Assembly: GCF_018977255.1 (NCBI RefSeq)
Contig: NW_024704743.1
Location: 66,032,001-66,096,000, forward strand
DNA: 64,000 nucleotides
Direction of reading: 5' to 3'
Source: Callorhinchus milii
Taxonomy: Eukaryota
The translations under genes and the position numbers were made by a program. Shown one piece after another: positions 50,940 through 63,626 of the stretch; the stretch's first letter is position 1; each line of letters starts with the position of its first letter. The notes beneath the pieces are model-generated. The model was not told the DNA's origin. It saw nothing but the letters and a program-made list of their open reading frames with translations, and did no database searches.

Positions 50940-51560
50940 CCACTCACGTCACCAAGAGGGAGTATGTAAATGATGAAAAGGACGGAGGATGGATGGAGCC
51001 TTGAGGTATGTCGCAGGTGATTGTGTAGGGGCGGGAGGAGAAACTGTTGGAAATTGGTTAAGTCGGTCTTGAACCAGGCGAGTGCGGTCACACTGAATTT
51101 GATGAGGGAGGAGAGACAGTGGAAGAGGATAATGTGATCAATGGTGTTGAATGCAATGAAGAGGTCCAGGAGAACAAGGAGGCAGAGGGATCCCTGGTTA
51201 TACAGAGAGAGGACACAATTTGTTACTTTGATGAGCGCTGTTTCTGTGCTGTGGGCAGAGTGGGATCCAGACTGGGGCTTGAGTAGAGAGTGGAGGGAGA
51301 GGTGTGAGTGAAATTGATTTGCAGCAACGCATTCCAGAAATTTGGCCAGGAAGGGCAAGTTGGAAATGGGTGTGTAGTTTGCAAAGTTAGATGGATCGAG
51401 GGTGGGTATTTGAGAAAGAGAGTGATGACAACAGTTTTGAGGGGGAGTGGGATAGAGCCTGAGGAGAGGGACCGGTTGACTGTGTCTGCCAGCAGGAGGC
51501 AGAGAAGGTGGAGTTGAGTAACCAGGAGTTGGATGGGGAGGGGGAAACGAGGTGGTGGGC
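50940..51560 (-). mobile_element. L2 RT fragment
   Basis: ORF 50930-51586 contains LDPSNFANYTPISNLPFLAK, HSTETALIKVTN and LLDL..AFNTIDH. Confidence 0.93.
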
Positions 51561-51574
51561 ATCAGACATACAGA

Positions 51575-51860
51575 AATATCCCACAATCAGCCACAAAACA
51601 AATTACCAATTTTATTTGGGCGATTGTTATCCAATACACTGGTAAAAATTCCCTTCTTTTCGAATAGTGCCAAGTGATCTTTAAATTTCACCTGAACAGG
51701 AATACTCAATGTTGTTCTGAAGGATAGCACCTCCATCAACGCAGCATTACCCCAAACTGCATTGAACTTTCAGCCTAGTCTATGAACTCAAAGCCCCAGC
51801 ATAGGATTTCCATCCACAACATTCTGAGTTAGAGGCAAGAATGCTATGAATTGAACCTAA
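51575..51860 (-). mobile_element. DeuSINE copy
   Basis: TTCGAATAGTGCCAAGTGATCTTTAAATTTCACCTGAACAGG plus head remnant. Confidence 0.82.
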
Positions 51861-52676
51861 CTCATGCATTCTTACATTTTCAGCATTACACTGTCAATGC
51901 CACAAACATACTCCCCCCCCACCCCCCCCCTCCCCCAGCGCAGTGGTTACTATTTCCATGGAGTATTTGATCATTACTGTCTAAGCTTATTTCTGTAAGC
52001 TCCACAGCCATTCCAGAACAGATATTTATCAAGCCCCTTTGTGAAAAAATTAATCGACTGAGACTGAATTACTTTTGCGTGACTGTTTCACAAATCCCTT
52101 TTCTTAATCGCTGCTGTAATTTGAGGCTTGTTAATTTTAAACTTGTGTCCTCTAGTTCTTTACTCAAAATTCAAGGCAAATAACCTGATTCCATCGCTAT
52201 CATCTGTGCTGGTAAGCTTTTTCCTATTACACAAATAAACAGCTGATGTTAAATGAATGCAGTCAGCTTATCATGCATTTAATTTTTCCACACGATTGTA
52301 CAGACTGCGAATCTCATGCCATGCTGCTTGCTCTATTTTAAGGTCATTAAGCAATCTTGCGAAATTACCTGTTGTAACAATGCTTGCAGAGATGGGCTGC
52401 AAGACATACTTTGTTCCTGAACCACAGCTTATATTAAATAATATCTGATAACAACAACCGCAACAACAACAACCTGCATGTATATAGCACCCCTCACCCA
52501 GGAGAGCAACTCAGTGATGTATGCATCCCATCTGGAAAATGAACTAAAACACTTGGGATTTAATCCAATTGAAAAAAAAGTGAGCTAAAGGTACCTAGGT
52601 GCAAGCCTGGCTTCAGTTGGTAGCATTATCACCTTTGGGACAGAAGGTGAAGAGTACAAGCTCTACTTTGGGATTT

Positions 52677-52988
52677 TAATAATAATAATCCTTGCATTTG
52701 ATATAGCGCTTTTCACCTCTTCTAGACGTCTCAAAGTGCTTCACAGAATAGACTGTAAAGTGAATTGACTGTATATTTGTGGGTGAAATGTGGCAGCCAA
52801 TTGCGCACAGCAGTGTCCCACAAACAGTCGTGGATTGAAATGACCGAATTATTATTGGTATTTTTTGAGGGATTATTATCAGGCGTGTGAAGTAAGGAAA
52901 CTTGCCCAAGGTTTCACTCTGCTGGGAATAGAACCCAGGTCTCTCGCTTGCAAAGCAAGTGCTCTAACCACTGAGCTACAGGACTCCA
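52677..52988 (-). mobile_element. Full-length tRNA-Ala SINE nested in a + strand DeuSINE (~52605-53490)
   Basis: Head, body and tail match 23372-23691. The DeuSINE head lies before it and the Deu core after it (~53245). Confidence 0.93.
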
Positions 52989-54089
52989 TAATTTTGAGAT
53001 CATAGTTTAGATCAGTGGTGGCCAGCCTTTTTGGCCAACAAAATAATCATAGAAATAATAAAATAGCATACATTTATGCCATAAATCAAGAAATATTCAA
53101 TCAAGAAAGATTTATTTTGTTGAACAACAAAAGAGGCTGCCCACCATTGACATTCAGAGGAGTGCTGCATTGTCAGAGGCATCTTGCAGTGCTGCATCTT
53201 CAGATGGGACATTAAATCAAAATTCTTCAATTCTTTCTGCCTCTTCAAGTGGATGTTAAAGATGCCATAATGCTTCAAAAGAGCAGTTAGTATCTTCTGG
53301 CGTCCTGGTCAATAATCTTCCAGATAAAATTGATTATGGTTGTTTGAGGGACATTTGCTGTGTGCAAATTGGCTGCTCTGTTTATCTACCAAATGCAAAT
53401 TGTGTCTGCATTTTGCAGCAATTACTTGAGAAAAAGCTATGCGGAGTTGACTTCAGATGCACAAGATCAAATGCAAGGATTATCAGTATTTAAAGAGCAC
53501 TTGAGCAGAGCCACTGCTTCCTGGCCACAACAGAATCCCTTGAGATGTAAACATTTTTTTTCTCCAGGCAATTGCATTTCCTCCAGGTAATTGTGTAGAG
53601 TCACAAGACTATGGGTCAGACGTCTCATCAGAGCTGATGTCTGTGTGTTGTATGGAGAGATTTGCTGAGGAGAAAATGTTGCTTTTGTCACAAGCAGCTT
53701 TACCAGTTATCACACAGCGGTGATTCCGCTAAATCGATTTTTAGACCTCTCTTGCACTGAATTGAATTCAAGGCACAAATCAATTTAATAAATGGAACGT
53801 TAAAGGAACAGTACTTAAATATTTAAATTCTGTTACTATCTTCAATATTGTTCTCTTTTCTGTTAATATACTGAGTTTGATAACCAGTTGATAACTGGCT
53901 TATCACATTGTCAAAATATCTCAAAGTGCTTTACAGGATTTACTATAAAGTATAATAATTGTGTGCTTTTGTAGGTAAACATGGTGGCCAATTTGCATAC
54001 AGCAAGGTCCAACAAACAGCCATGAAGTGAATGATCAATTTTATGTGGTTGAATTGTTGGCTGGGAAAATAGTCTGTAAATGTTTCTCA

Positions 54090-54530
54090 GCAAGGTGTTA
54101 GCTTGGTTCAACCTCTTTCTTTCTCAGAGGCAGTCTGTCCCTGAGCAAGATGATTTCAGGTTGAAATTCCTTGTCAGGACTCATGTAGTCTAGGCTGGCA
54201 GTCCAATGCAGTGCTGGGGAAGTGCTGCATTGTCATAGGTGCTGTCGTTTTGGTGAGACATAAGCCTTTGGGCCTAAATGCCTGTTCAGATGGATATTAA
54301 AATTCCATGGCATTATTTGAAAAATAGAAGGGAGTTTCGCTCGATGTCCTTGCAAACAATGCCTTAGATTATTGGCAAGGACTGTTTGTGGGATATTGTT
54401 GTGTGCAAAATTGGCTGCTGCATTTACCTATAAGATATAGTCACTACACTTTACAGTAAATCCTGTAAACTGCTTTGCCATTTCCTCCCAATGTGAAAGG
54501 TGTTATATCAAATGCGAAGATTCTTAACAT
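54090..54530 (+). mobile_element. Near full-length DeuSINE
   Basis: Head, GCCTGTTCAGATGGATATTAAAATTCCATGGCATTATTTG core, CTGTTTGTGGGA block and tail. Confidence 0.88.
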
Positions 54531-54765
54531 TAATATAAACCAACTCTATAGCACCTTGTGTAAAGCCATCAGACTTATCTATTCAAAGCACAGTTAAATG
54601 CCTCCACTTCAAAACAAATGTCTCAAAATGCTTTACAAAATGTAATTGATTAGAAATGAAATTAATTATGGATGTAGTTACATTTTGTATATTTTACCTA
54701 AAACAAATAATAATAATCCTTACATTTGGTACAGCGTCTTTCACATTGGGAGGATGTTGCAATGC

Positions 54766-55083
54766 GTGGAGTCCTGTAGCTCAGTGGTTAGAGCACTCGC
54801 TTTGCAAGCGAGAGACCTGAGTTCAATTCCAGGCAGAGGGCGAAACCTTGGGCAAGTTTCCTTACTCCACACGCCTGATAATAATCCCTCCAAAACCAAA
54901 AACAATAATAAATTGGTCATTTTCAATCTACGACTGTTTGTGGGACATTGCTGTGCGCAATTGGCTGCCGCGTTCGCCCACAAATGTACAGTCAATTCAC
55001 TTTACAGTGTTCTGTGAAGCGCTTTGGGACGTCCTCCCGACGTGAAAAGCGCTATATCAAATGCAAGGATTATTATTATTATT
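54766..55083 (+). mobile_element. Full-length young tRNA-Ala SINE with TSD AATGC(GT)
   Basis: Intact anticodon arm CTCGC-TTTGCAA-GCGAG, A and B boxes, CpGs retained. It is inserted in the tail of a minus-strand DeuSINE (~54705-55500). Confidence 0.96.
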
Positions 55084-55686
55084 AATGCGTTTCACAGGAT
55101 ATATTGTAAAGCGTAGTGATTTGTGCACAAAAGTGGTAGCCAATTTATGTACAGCAATTGTCCCACAAACAGCCATGATGTGAGTGACCAATATTATTTG
55201 TTGGGTTACTGGAAAAAACTCCCTTCTCTTTTCAACAACAACAACTTGCACCTATATAGCGCACTCCACGCAGGGAGCATCTCAGAGCACTCAAAATACC
55301 GTCTTCGAATAGTGCCAAAGGATCTTTAACATCCACCTAAACCAGGCAGAACATTTCAATCAAAGAATGGCATCTCCAACAGTGTAGCAAACCCCCAACA
55401 CTGCATTAGAGTGTCAGCCCAAACTATATGAATTCCAAGTCCCGACGTGAGGCTTGAACTCGTAACCTCTGACTCAGAGGAAAGAGGTGCTAACAAATTA
55501 ATCAAAATGAAACCCTGAAGCAATCATACAGAGCATGAGGGCATTGGAGCAAGGTTTGGTGGTTACGTCTTGCCTTTGCTCTTTTTACTGAAAACAAAAA
55601 CTCAGCTTTGCTCCTGATGTGCATGTGGTTCAACACACTTTACCAACATTACAGATTTCTTTGTAAAAACATTTTTATCATTTATT

Positions 55687-56407
55687 GTGGAGTCCTGTAG
55701 CTTAGTGGAACACTCTCCCTCAATCCCTCCGCCTTACCCCCTTTCTACCCTTTTGCAAGTCCCGCCTGAAAACCTTCCTTTTCGACTGTGCTTACAGTCA
55801 CCTCCCCCCCACCTACTCAGCTCGAAGTCCGCCTCCGCCAATGTTAAGCGCTTTGAGATGCTACTCTACATGTAGGGTGTTATATAAGTGCAAGTTGTTG
55901 TTGTGTTTAGAGCACTCGCCTCATAAGCTAGAGGATCTTGATAGATTCCCGGGCAGGGCGAAAAGTTGCCTTACTTCACATGCCTCTGATTACTTAGCAG
56001 TAGGTAGGAACCCAGTTGTTAGTCAATTGGCGGATCACTTTATTGGGGGTAATAATCCCTTAAAAAACATTTTTAATTTTAATTTGGTCATTCAATCCAC
56101 GACTGTTTGTGGTACACTGCTTTGCGCAATAGGCTGTTGCGTTTTGCCCCCAAATGTACAGTCAATTAATTTTCCAGTATATTTTGTGAAGCGCTTTGGG
56201 ATGTCTAGAAGGCATGGGAAGGCGGTATATCAATCATAGAATTATATAGCACAGAAGGAGGCCATTCGACCCATTGTGTCTGTGCCGGCTCTTTGAAAAA
56301 AGCTATCCAAATCAATCCCACTCTCCCGCTCTCTCCCCATAGCTCTGCAAACTTGGTCCTCCCCAAACAATGCAAGGATTGTTATTATTATTATTATTAT
56401 TATTATT
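55687..56407 (+). mobile_element. tRNA-Ala SINE interrupted by an L2-A 3' fragment (~55706-55903) and an antisense CR1 tail (~56233-56367)
   Basis: The head is split after GCTTAGTGG and resumes TTAGAGCACTCGC. The tail is split between TATATCAA and TGCAAGG. Confidence 0.9.
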
Positions 56408-58022
56408 GTGCTGCATGCCATAATTAAATATCTCCATATGCAGGAAGCTTTTGTAGAAAAGATTTAATTGACTTCAAGCATCAATTCAGTCCCCTAATTG
56501 TTATTTTCAGCCTCTTCTTAGTAAAGACTATTTGCAGCAAATGGAAGAAATTAGCACAACTTGTAGTTTGGACAAAATGACCTAACCTCTGATTGGTCCT
56601 ATTTTCTTGCCTTCAGTATTTATGTGTAAATTTTAGCAACAGGATAAAAAAAATGTTCTCTAGTATAGTTACTCAACATCTTCTGAAAAGACATCTATAG
56701 ATTACCAGAAAAGGAGAACCTATTCAAGGGCAATGAATCCATCGAGGAAGATGGTATGTTTCTGGAAAATGGAGAGTTTGCAGCAACCAGGGGGCAGTGC
56801 CTTCTCCCACTTCACCTCGGAAGAAATCAGACCTCAATGCTGGAGTAACTTATCAGTACAATCGTTTTGGAGTGGATTAAATACAGCTGTCCCATGAAGA
56901 TCTGACAGGAAATTACTGCCTAGGTCAACATAGTCTTTGAGATGGAAATAAAATCTGCGGAGGCCATTTGAACCTGACAGGAAGGTCCCACTCGGTGGTC
57001 CCACTCGCCACTCACCAAGTAGGTTTATGGGACTGGTCTGTTCTATGGTGGAAATACAACCTCATCATCCAAAGAAAACTGGAGAATAAAGCCAAAGACA
57101 AGAGGAGCTTTACTTTTCTGCTCTGTTCACTTTAGATGAGATTTCCTTTGCAGTAATTGTAAAGCTCCATTTGGATCAAATTGCATAAAGCTTAAATCCA
57201 ATTAGTTTCATGAGAAAATCTTTATCCGCCCACTTACCATATTGTGTGTTGCTTTCTTCAGATATGAATCCAGGATAAACAGCTGGTACACCAGAAGTGA
57301 GCGGAAGCTTCACTCACCAGGGACAACTGGCCTGCAGCGGAGTGGAGGGAGGCAGAGAGAGAGAGACTGAGGAGCCCACTTACATTGTTAAATATCCTCA
57401 GTTGAGTGTGAGGCAGATGTCTACTTCTGAAGGGCAGATGTTGCTCTTTCAAAGCCAATACACTTCTCTTTTTAGAGAATACTCTGGGTTGCAGCCAGTC
57501 ACACGACAAAATGCCCAAGACTTTGCTTCACCCCATTAAACAAGTCATTTCTCTCATGCTCAATGACAGGCAGACAACATGAATCTAAGCTTACTAATTC
57601 TGTCCTCGACATGTTCATTAGGGGTTACAACAAGGATAAATTGCCCATGGTGATGAAGAACTTGCTGACTAGTCAAATAAAGGTAAGGAATTTGTCACAG
57701 CTCAGCTGTGTCCTGGAGTACAATATGCTATGCCACCTTGAAAAGTTATTAATATTTCAAACTCATCCAAAACTGCATCATCTGTAATTCCGCCCCAGGC
57801 TCCACACACACCCATGACCACATTTTTGCTTGGCTCGACCAGCTCTCAGAGTTTCAGTAACTTGAAGATCCTCATCCTAATCTACAAATGATTTCATAAT
57901 ATTGCCCCTCTCTATTTATACATTCGCACTTTGTGTAAATCATATTAAATGTCCTGGTTGATACAGATTATGCGAGTTTTACTGTAGATAGATGGTGTAA
58001 GAGGAGGAATCTTAAAATATCA

Positions 58023-58245
58023 GGGGGGAGAAATTTCACCTAAGTCTAGATTTACTCTGCTGTTTTTAGTATTTCGGAGCCACCAGAACTTGGTAAATAC
58101 AGCCTTCATTTTGGCTTTTCTGTGAGTTATTTTAAGACGGACAGAAAGCTGTCTTCAAAATTGAGACCGAATTGAACAATTTGCCAAATTTCTGGACTCT
58201 GCAATGCTAATAAAATAGAGGAATTCTAGACCTGGTTGGAATTTC
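58023..58245. repeat. Fold-back MITE-like element (family of 14604-14799)
   Basis: GAAATTTCACCTAAGTCTAGA...TCTAGACCTGGTTGGAATTTC imperfect inverted ends. Confidence 0.65.
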
Positions 58246-58409
58246 ATGGGAACTGGGGGAGAAATAATAATAATAATAATAATTAATAATAAGAAGAAAT
58301 TAATAGATTAATTGGGTGGAGAAAAACAACACAGATTTGAAGGGTCAAATGGCCTTCCTCTAATCTATAATATTCTATGATTCCTGGAAGATGTTTAAAT
58401 ATCATAATT

Positions 58410-58770
58410 TAGAATATCATAAAAGTCCCTGCATTTGATAATAGTGCCTTATAACACTGTGAAAATGTCTCAAAATGATCACAGGAATTACTGTAAAGTG
58501 TTGTGACTCTGTATTCATAGGGGAACATAGGCCAATTTGCATACAGAAACATTTCACAATCAGCCATGAAGTGAATGACAAATTTTATCTGATGGATTGT
58601 TGGCTGGGACACTGGAGCAATTCTCTTCCTTTTTCAAATAGTGCCACTGGACCTTTAATGTCCACCTGATTGGGAAGATGAGATCTCAGTTTAATATCTC
58701 ATCCGAAGGATGGTTATCTTCAACAATACATCACTCTTCCAGCACTGTACTGAAGTGTTAGCTGAGTTCC
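58410..58770 (-). mobile_element. DeuSINE copy
   Basis: CAAATAGTGCCACTGGACCTTTAATGTCCACCTGA core plus tail. Confidence 0.85.
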
Positions 58771-58793
58771 AGCTTTGTATGGTAACAATCATT

Positions 58794-59092
58794 GTGGAGT
58801 CCTGTAGTTCCGGGGTTAAAGCATTTGCTTTGCAAGCATTCGATTCTCGGCAGTGTGAAACCTTGGGCAAGTTTCCTTACTCCACATGCCTGATAATAAT
58901 CCCTCAAAAAAAAATAATTTAGTCATTTCAATCCACAACTGTTTGTGGGACACTGCTGTGTGCAATTGGCTGCCGCATTTCGCCCAAAAAATATATAGTC
59001 AATTCACTTTACAGTCTATTCTGTGAAGCGCTTTGAGATGTCTAGAAGATGTGAAAAGCGCTATATCAAATGTAAGGATTATTATTTATTAT
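58794..59092 (+). mobile_element. tRNA-Ala SINE
   Basis: GTGGAGTCCTGTAG head, body and tail. Confidence 0.92.
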
Positions 59093-59934
59093 CATAGCTA
59101 AACATCCCACAAATATAATATGATATCATGACATCTACAGATCTGCCAATGCAAATTTTAGAGCCAGAGATGTTTTTGATTCCTAGAGATGCAACATGCA
59201 GCAGAGATTAATTTACGGTTTAAAATAATAAATAAATTTGGATACATATGGAAAACATATGAGAAGAACATCATAGATTACACGTTATTTTTCCTGAAAA
59301 GAATAACAAGTATCATGAATTTCTGGAAAGCAAAACCTCAAAAACAAACTTGTGAGTTTGTACTTCTTAAAATCATTAATTATGTTTGAAGTCAAAGGCC
59401 ATTTATTGTGTCATTTTGCTTTCTCCTTTGGGGTTTGAAGAATTACAGTTTTCAGACTGGGCGTCTGCAGTGATACAACTGGAAAATTAATGCTTTATTT
59501 CGAATAATTTAAGGCATTCCTTTCTAAGTAATGCTCTTAGGAATTCCTGAATCCAATTTTTCAAGTCAATATCAGCATCTGTCAAGAGATTCTAAGCTCA
59601 ATGAACAAAACAATTGTACTTAATATTGTCTTGCATTTCCAAAGCAATCTAGTTAAAATGTTTTGAAAATCCCAGTCACCTACTTTTGAGTTAATAAGGA
59701 ATGACGGATATCTGGCAGTAGTATCGTAAAGCTGTAAAATATATTTCCCAGTGAGATATTATGATGTTGCAACAGGCTTCGCAGCCTTACTATTTGATCC
59801 TTGCTCCCTCCATTAGGAATTGACACAAATATTTGTCCAGAGCTTGTATTTTCTTTTAAAAAATCATGTATGGGCAAAAGTCAGCTAATGACGCAATAGA
59901 ATTGTAGACTTGCACGTGTTCTTCAATGTTCCTG

Positions 59935-60130
59935 TTCAGCTTGGCTCAGTTTGTAGCATTCTCACCTCTGAGCCCGAAGAGTGTGGGTTCAGGCCCCACA
60001 CCTTTGAACTCAAATAGTCTAGGCTGACACTCTGCTGCAGTGCTGCGTCTTTGGAGATGTTGTACTTCAGATGAGATGTTAAACTGAGGTCCCGCCTGCC
60101 TGTTCAGATCGATGTTCAGGCAGAGAAGAA
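59935..60130 (+). mobile_element. DeuSINE 5' part
   Basis: GGCTCAGTTTGTAGCATTCTCACCTCTGAG head; CAGATGAGATGTTAAACTGAGGTCCCGCCTGCCTGTTCAG. Confidence 0.85.
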
Positions 60131-61666
60131 GTTGGCAACATATAAGTGCCTCAGACACCAAACAGAACATGACCCAAAAAATTTATGCTAAGCATGTCTT
60201 ATTGTCTCATTATTTCAATAGAGCAGTGATACCTGTACAAGGCTGATAGAGTCCTACTAAATAATAAAATAATAATAACAATTCATGCATTTGGTATAGT
60301 GCGTTTCATGTCAGGGTGAAGTCTCAAAACCCTCACACAGCTGAATAAGTGTCAGAGCTGGGAGAGGTTGGGAGGAGCAAGTGTAAGGAGAGACAGACTG
60401 CAACAAGGAGAAACAAGCAGATAAATTAGGTAGTGTAATCACAGTCTTAACCCTATGACCATTGACTTAAAATGTAAGATCTTGCAGAATATTGCAAATA
60501 ATTCTTACATTCAGTCATAGTTTGAAAGCAGATTTGCCACAGTACATCCCCAAGTTTGTACACATAAACACTCAATTGCATTTGACGGTAATTGGTTTTG
60601 AAGCACTCTGAGATATTTTGACATGATAAGATGCTATAAAAATACAACTAATTCCAGCAGTACTACAACACATACTCTGTGGTCCACCAGCCTTGGCTTA
60701 ATACTCTCCAGATTTAGATAAGCAGGGTGCATCCCTCCAGGGAGAGAGTGCACATTCTATTCCAATACAGGGAAATGTCCATGCATAGGTGGTATGCATA
60801 CTTGGAACTCTCAGTCTAGTTTAGATATTTATAAACATGGAGATGGGTTTCCACATATGCCAGATACCCGTCTGATCAAAAAAACAAGTTATTTCTGCCA
60901 TCAGCAAATTATGATTGTCACAAAAAATATCTTCTTTCATCTTAATTTGCTTTTTCTTTCTAATCCGGTTGTCAATTCCTTTAGCTGACTAACTGATTGT
61001 TCCTCTAGTTTCTTCATAAAGTTCAAGTGCGCTGCTTTAAATAAAGTGGATTTGTTGTATTGTGTCTAAGTTGGTCTGTAGCTAATAATCAAGGGAAAGA
61101 ATTGTGTTTAAAAGGATCTTTAAATATGGCCTTTGTTTGCATGTAACAAACGATTGTGTGTTACAGGCTGTTGTTTACTTCAATACAATGTATTAATAGC
61201 TGTTCGGTAAAACATTAGTTATTTCCTCGGTTACAAAATGTTCCAGCTAATTATAGCTCAGACTTAAGATAGTCCCATGTAAGCAATTACAAACTGCCTA
61301 TATGTAATTGGGACAGAGAATGCAGCATGCGATTGTTTCTTAAATATAATTTGTTGTGTGTTAAGACAATAAATAGTGGATGGTCTAAGCCAAACTACTT
61401 AAATGCTACAGTAGTTAGTGTAACGGGTTACTAGAATAGAAACGTTTTGGGGAATTCCTGAGGCTGAACAAACTGTTCACGATATATTAGTTAAAATGGA
61501 GCAAATTAGTAAAGACATTTTTAAAAATATATATCTTCTTTTAAATCTACATACACTGAATCTAGGGTCGACTGCACTGATCCTGTCATTTTAGGTTTAC
61601 ATTTAATGTGCTTGTTGTTGCTTTGGTGATGACAGTGAAAATGACCACGTAGGCCTGATGTTTCTT

Positions 61667-61896
61667 ATGTTCTTAGATTTATGTCACTTAAAAGTCTTAA
61701 AAAACATGCTAAGATTATGTGGAATTTTGTAAAAAGAGTCTTGAATTCCATCCTAATTGAGACACTGTTTTTCTGCATTACCCAAAAAGAATTGCAAAAA
61801 AACTCTGCTTCTATAGTAAGGCAAATTTAAAGAACATTTTCCAAAACTCAGCTAATCTTAAATTTCAGTCATTAATAGTCTTAAGTCTAAGAACAT
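61667..61896. repeat. Fold-back MITE-like element
   Basis: ATGTTCTTAGATTTA...TAAGTCTAAGAACAT (14/15 complementary). Related to 6290-6420 and 13856-14075. Confidence 0.6.
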
Positions 61897-62440
61897 GAAG
61901 ATGTTTCAAGTCACAGAAGTCCTCTTCTTTTTTGATGTAAGATGTCAATCGCGGTGCAACTTGCAATCTATTGTCTGAAAAAGGCCAATTTCAGACTCCA
62001 GGTTACAAGTTGCACCTCAATTGACATTTATGAGTCAGTCGTGATAAGTTATTTCTAAGATCACCTTCCTCACCTTTGTGACTATGATTTATCCATCTTA
62101 TGGATGAGATGTTCATCTTAAATGCCGTCTGCTAGTTCAGATCACATCTGACAATATTATTTGAGGAGAGAAAGGAGTTTCTCTCAGGGCTCTAATCAAT
62201 AATTCTCCAAATTATTTAGGCATCTGCCTTACACCTGTCTGTGGTGACTTTGCCAATGCAAATGACTGGTGTAATTTTGCCTATCAATCCAGTCAAGTGA
62301 CTAAACTTGACAGTAAGCTGTAAAGTGCTTTGAGATTTTGATGTAATAAGGTGCTACATAAATGCAAGCTCTTTCATTTCTTTGAGGATACAGCATCACC
62401 ATTACTTTCCCTCAGCGTCGAAAGTGTCAGCCTGACTGTT

Positions 62441-62740
62441 AGTCCTGTAGCTCAGTGGTTAGAGCACTCGCCTCACAAGCAAGAGACCTAGATTTGATTC
62501 CCGGCAGAGCCAAACTTTGGGCAACTCCACACGCCTGATAATAATCCCTCAAGAAAAAAATAATAATAAATTGGTCACTTTAATCCATGACTGTTTGTGA
62601 GACACTGCTGTGCCAATTGGCTGCCACGTTTCGCCCACCAATATATAGTCAGTTCACTTTACAGTATATTCTGTGAAGCGCTTTGAGACTTCTAGAAGAT
62701 GTGAAAACCGCTATATCAATACAAGGATTATTATTATTAA
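62441..62740 (+). mobile_element. tRNA-Ala SINE
   Basis: AGTCCTGTAGCTCAGTGGTTAGAGCACTCGC head and tail. Confidence 0.93.
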
Positions 62741-62802
62741 TAGCACTCTAAATTCTGAGTCAGAAAGCTTTGGTTTTAAGCCCTACATCAGGATTTTACA
62801 AT

Positions 62803-63362
62803 ACAAAATACAAAATTACATTTGTATAGCGCCTTTCCCATCAGAAGGACATCCCAAGGCTCTGGACAGTAAAGGGTTTGGACCTGAGCAGACAAATTGG
62901 GATCAGGGAGGGTGGGGGGCAGGGAAGGAGGGGTAGGAGGGTGGCTGAAGGAGAGGTCAAAGAGGAGGTTCTTGAGATGTGCCTTGAAGGAGGCAAGGGA
63001 AGGAGCGAGATGAAGGGAATGTGGGATGGAGTTCCAAAGGGTGGGGGCAGAGGGGATGAAGCCTGACTGCAGATGGTGGAGCGGGGTGGGCAGGAGACTT
63101 GGATCAGGCCAAGTCTGAATGGAAGGAGCAGACAGGTTGATATGGGGGTAGCAGATCACAGAGGTAGGAAGGGGCAAAGCGTGGAGGGTCTTGAAGGTGA
63201 GGACAAGGATTTTGAACTCTATCCTCTAGGGGATGGGGAGCCAGTGGAGCCGGGCGAGGGTGGGGGTGCTAGGGTCATGGAGCCTGGTTTGGGAGAGGAC
63301 ACGAGCTGCAGATTTCTGGATGATCTGCAGCTTGTGGAAGGAAAAGTTGGGAAAGTCGACAA
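62803..63362 (-). mobile_element. L2 subfamily B 3' fragment
   Basis: SAPTLWNSIP..SFKAHLK in ORF 62788-63177, with an L2 tail. Confidence 0.92.
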
Positions 63363-63399
63363 GTAGCAAGTTGGTGTAGCAAGTTGACCTCAATGTAGC

Positions 63400-63626
63400 A
63401 TTCCACCAGCACTACATCACTCCAAAGTGCATGATATACTATAAAGGATATATGTAAAGTGCAGTGACTGTGTATTTTGTGGGTGAATGTGGCAGCCATG
63501 TCAATGGCATAGCAATGCTCCACAAATAGCCATGAAGTGAATAATTGATTTTATTGGCCAGGACACTGGTAGAAACTCCTTCTCTTTTTGAATAGTGCCA
63601 TGAGATCTTTAATGTCACCTTGAACA
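63400..63626 (-). mobile_element. DeuSINE 3' part
   Basis: TTTGAATAGTGCCATGAGATCTTTAATGTCACCTTGAAC. Confidence 0.82.

Noticed and set aside
54766..54840. Bona fide tRNA-Ala gene
   Set aside because: There is no proper acceptor stem, it runs into the SINE body and tail, and it is multi-copy with TSDs.
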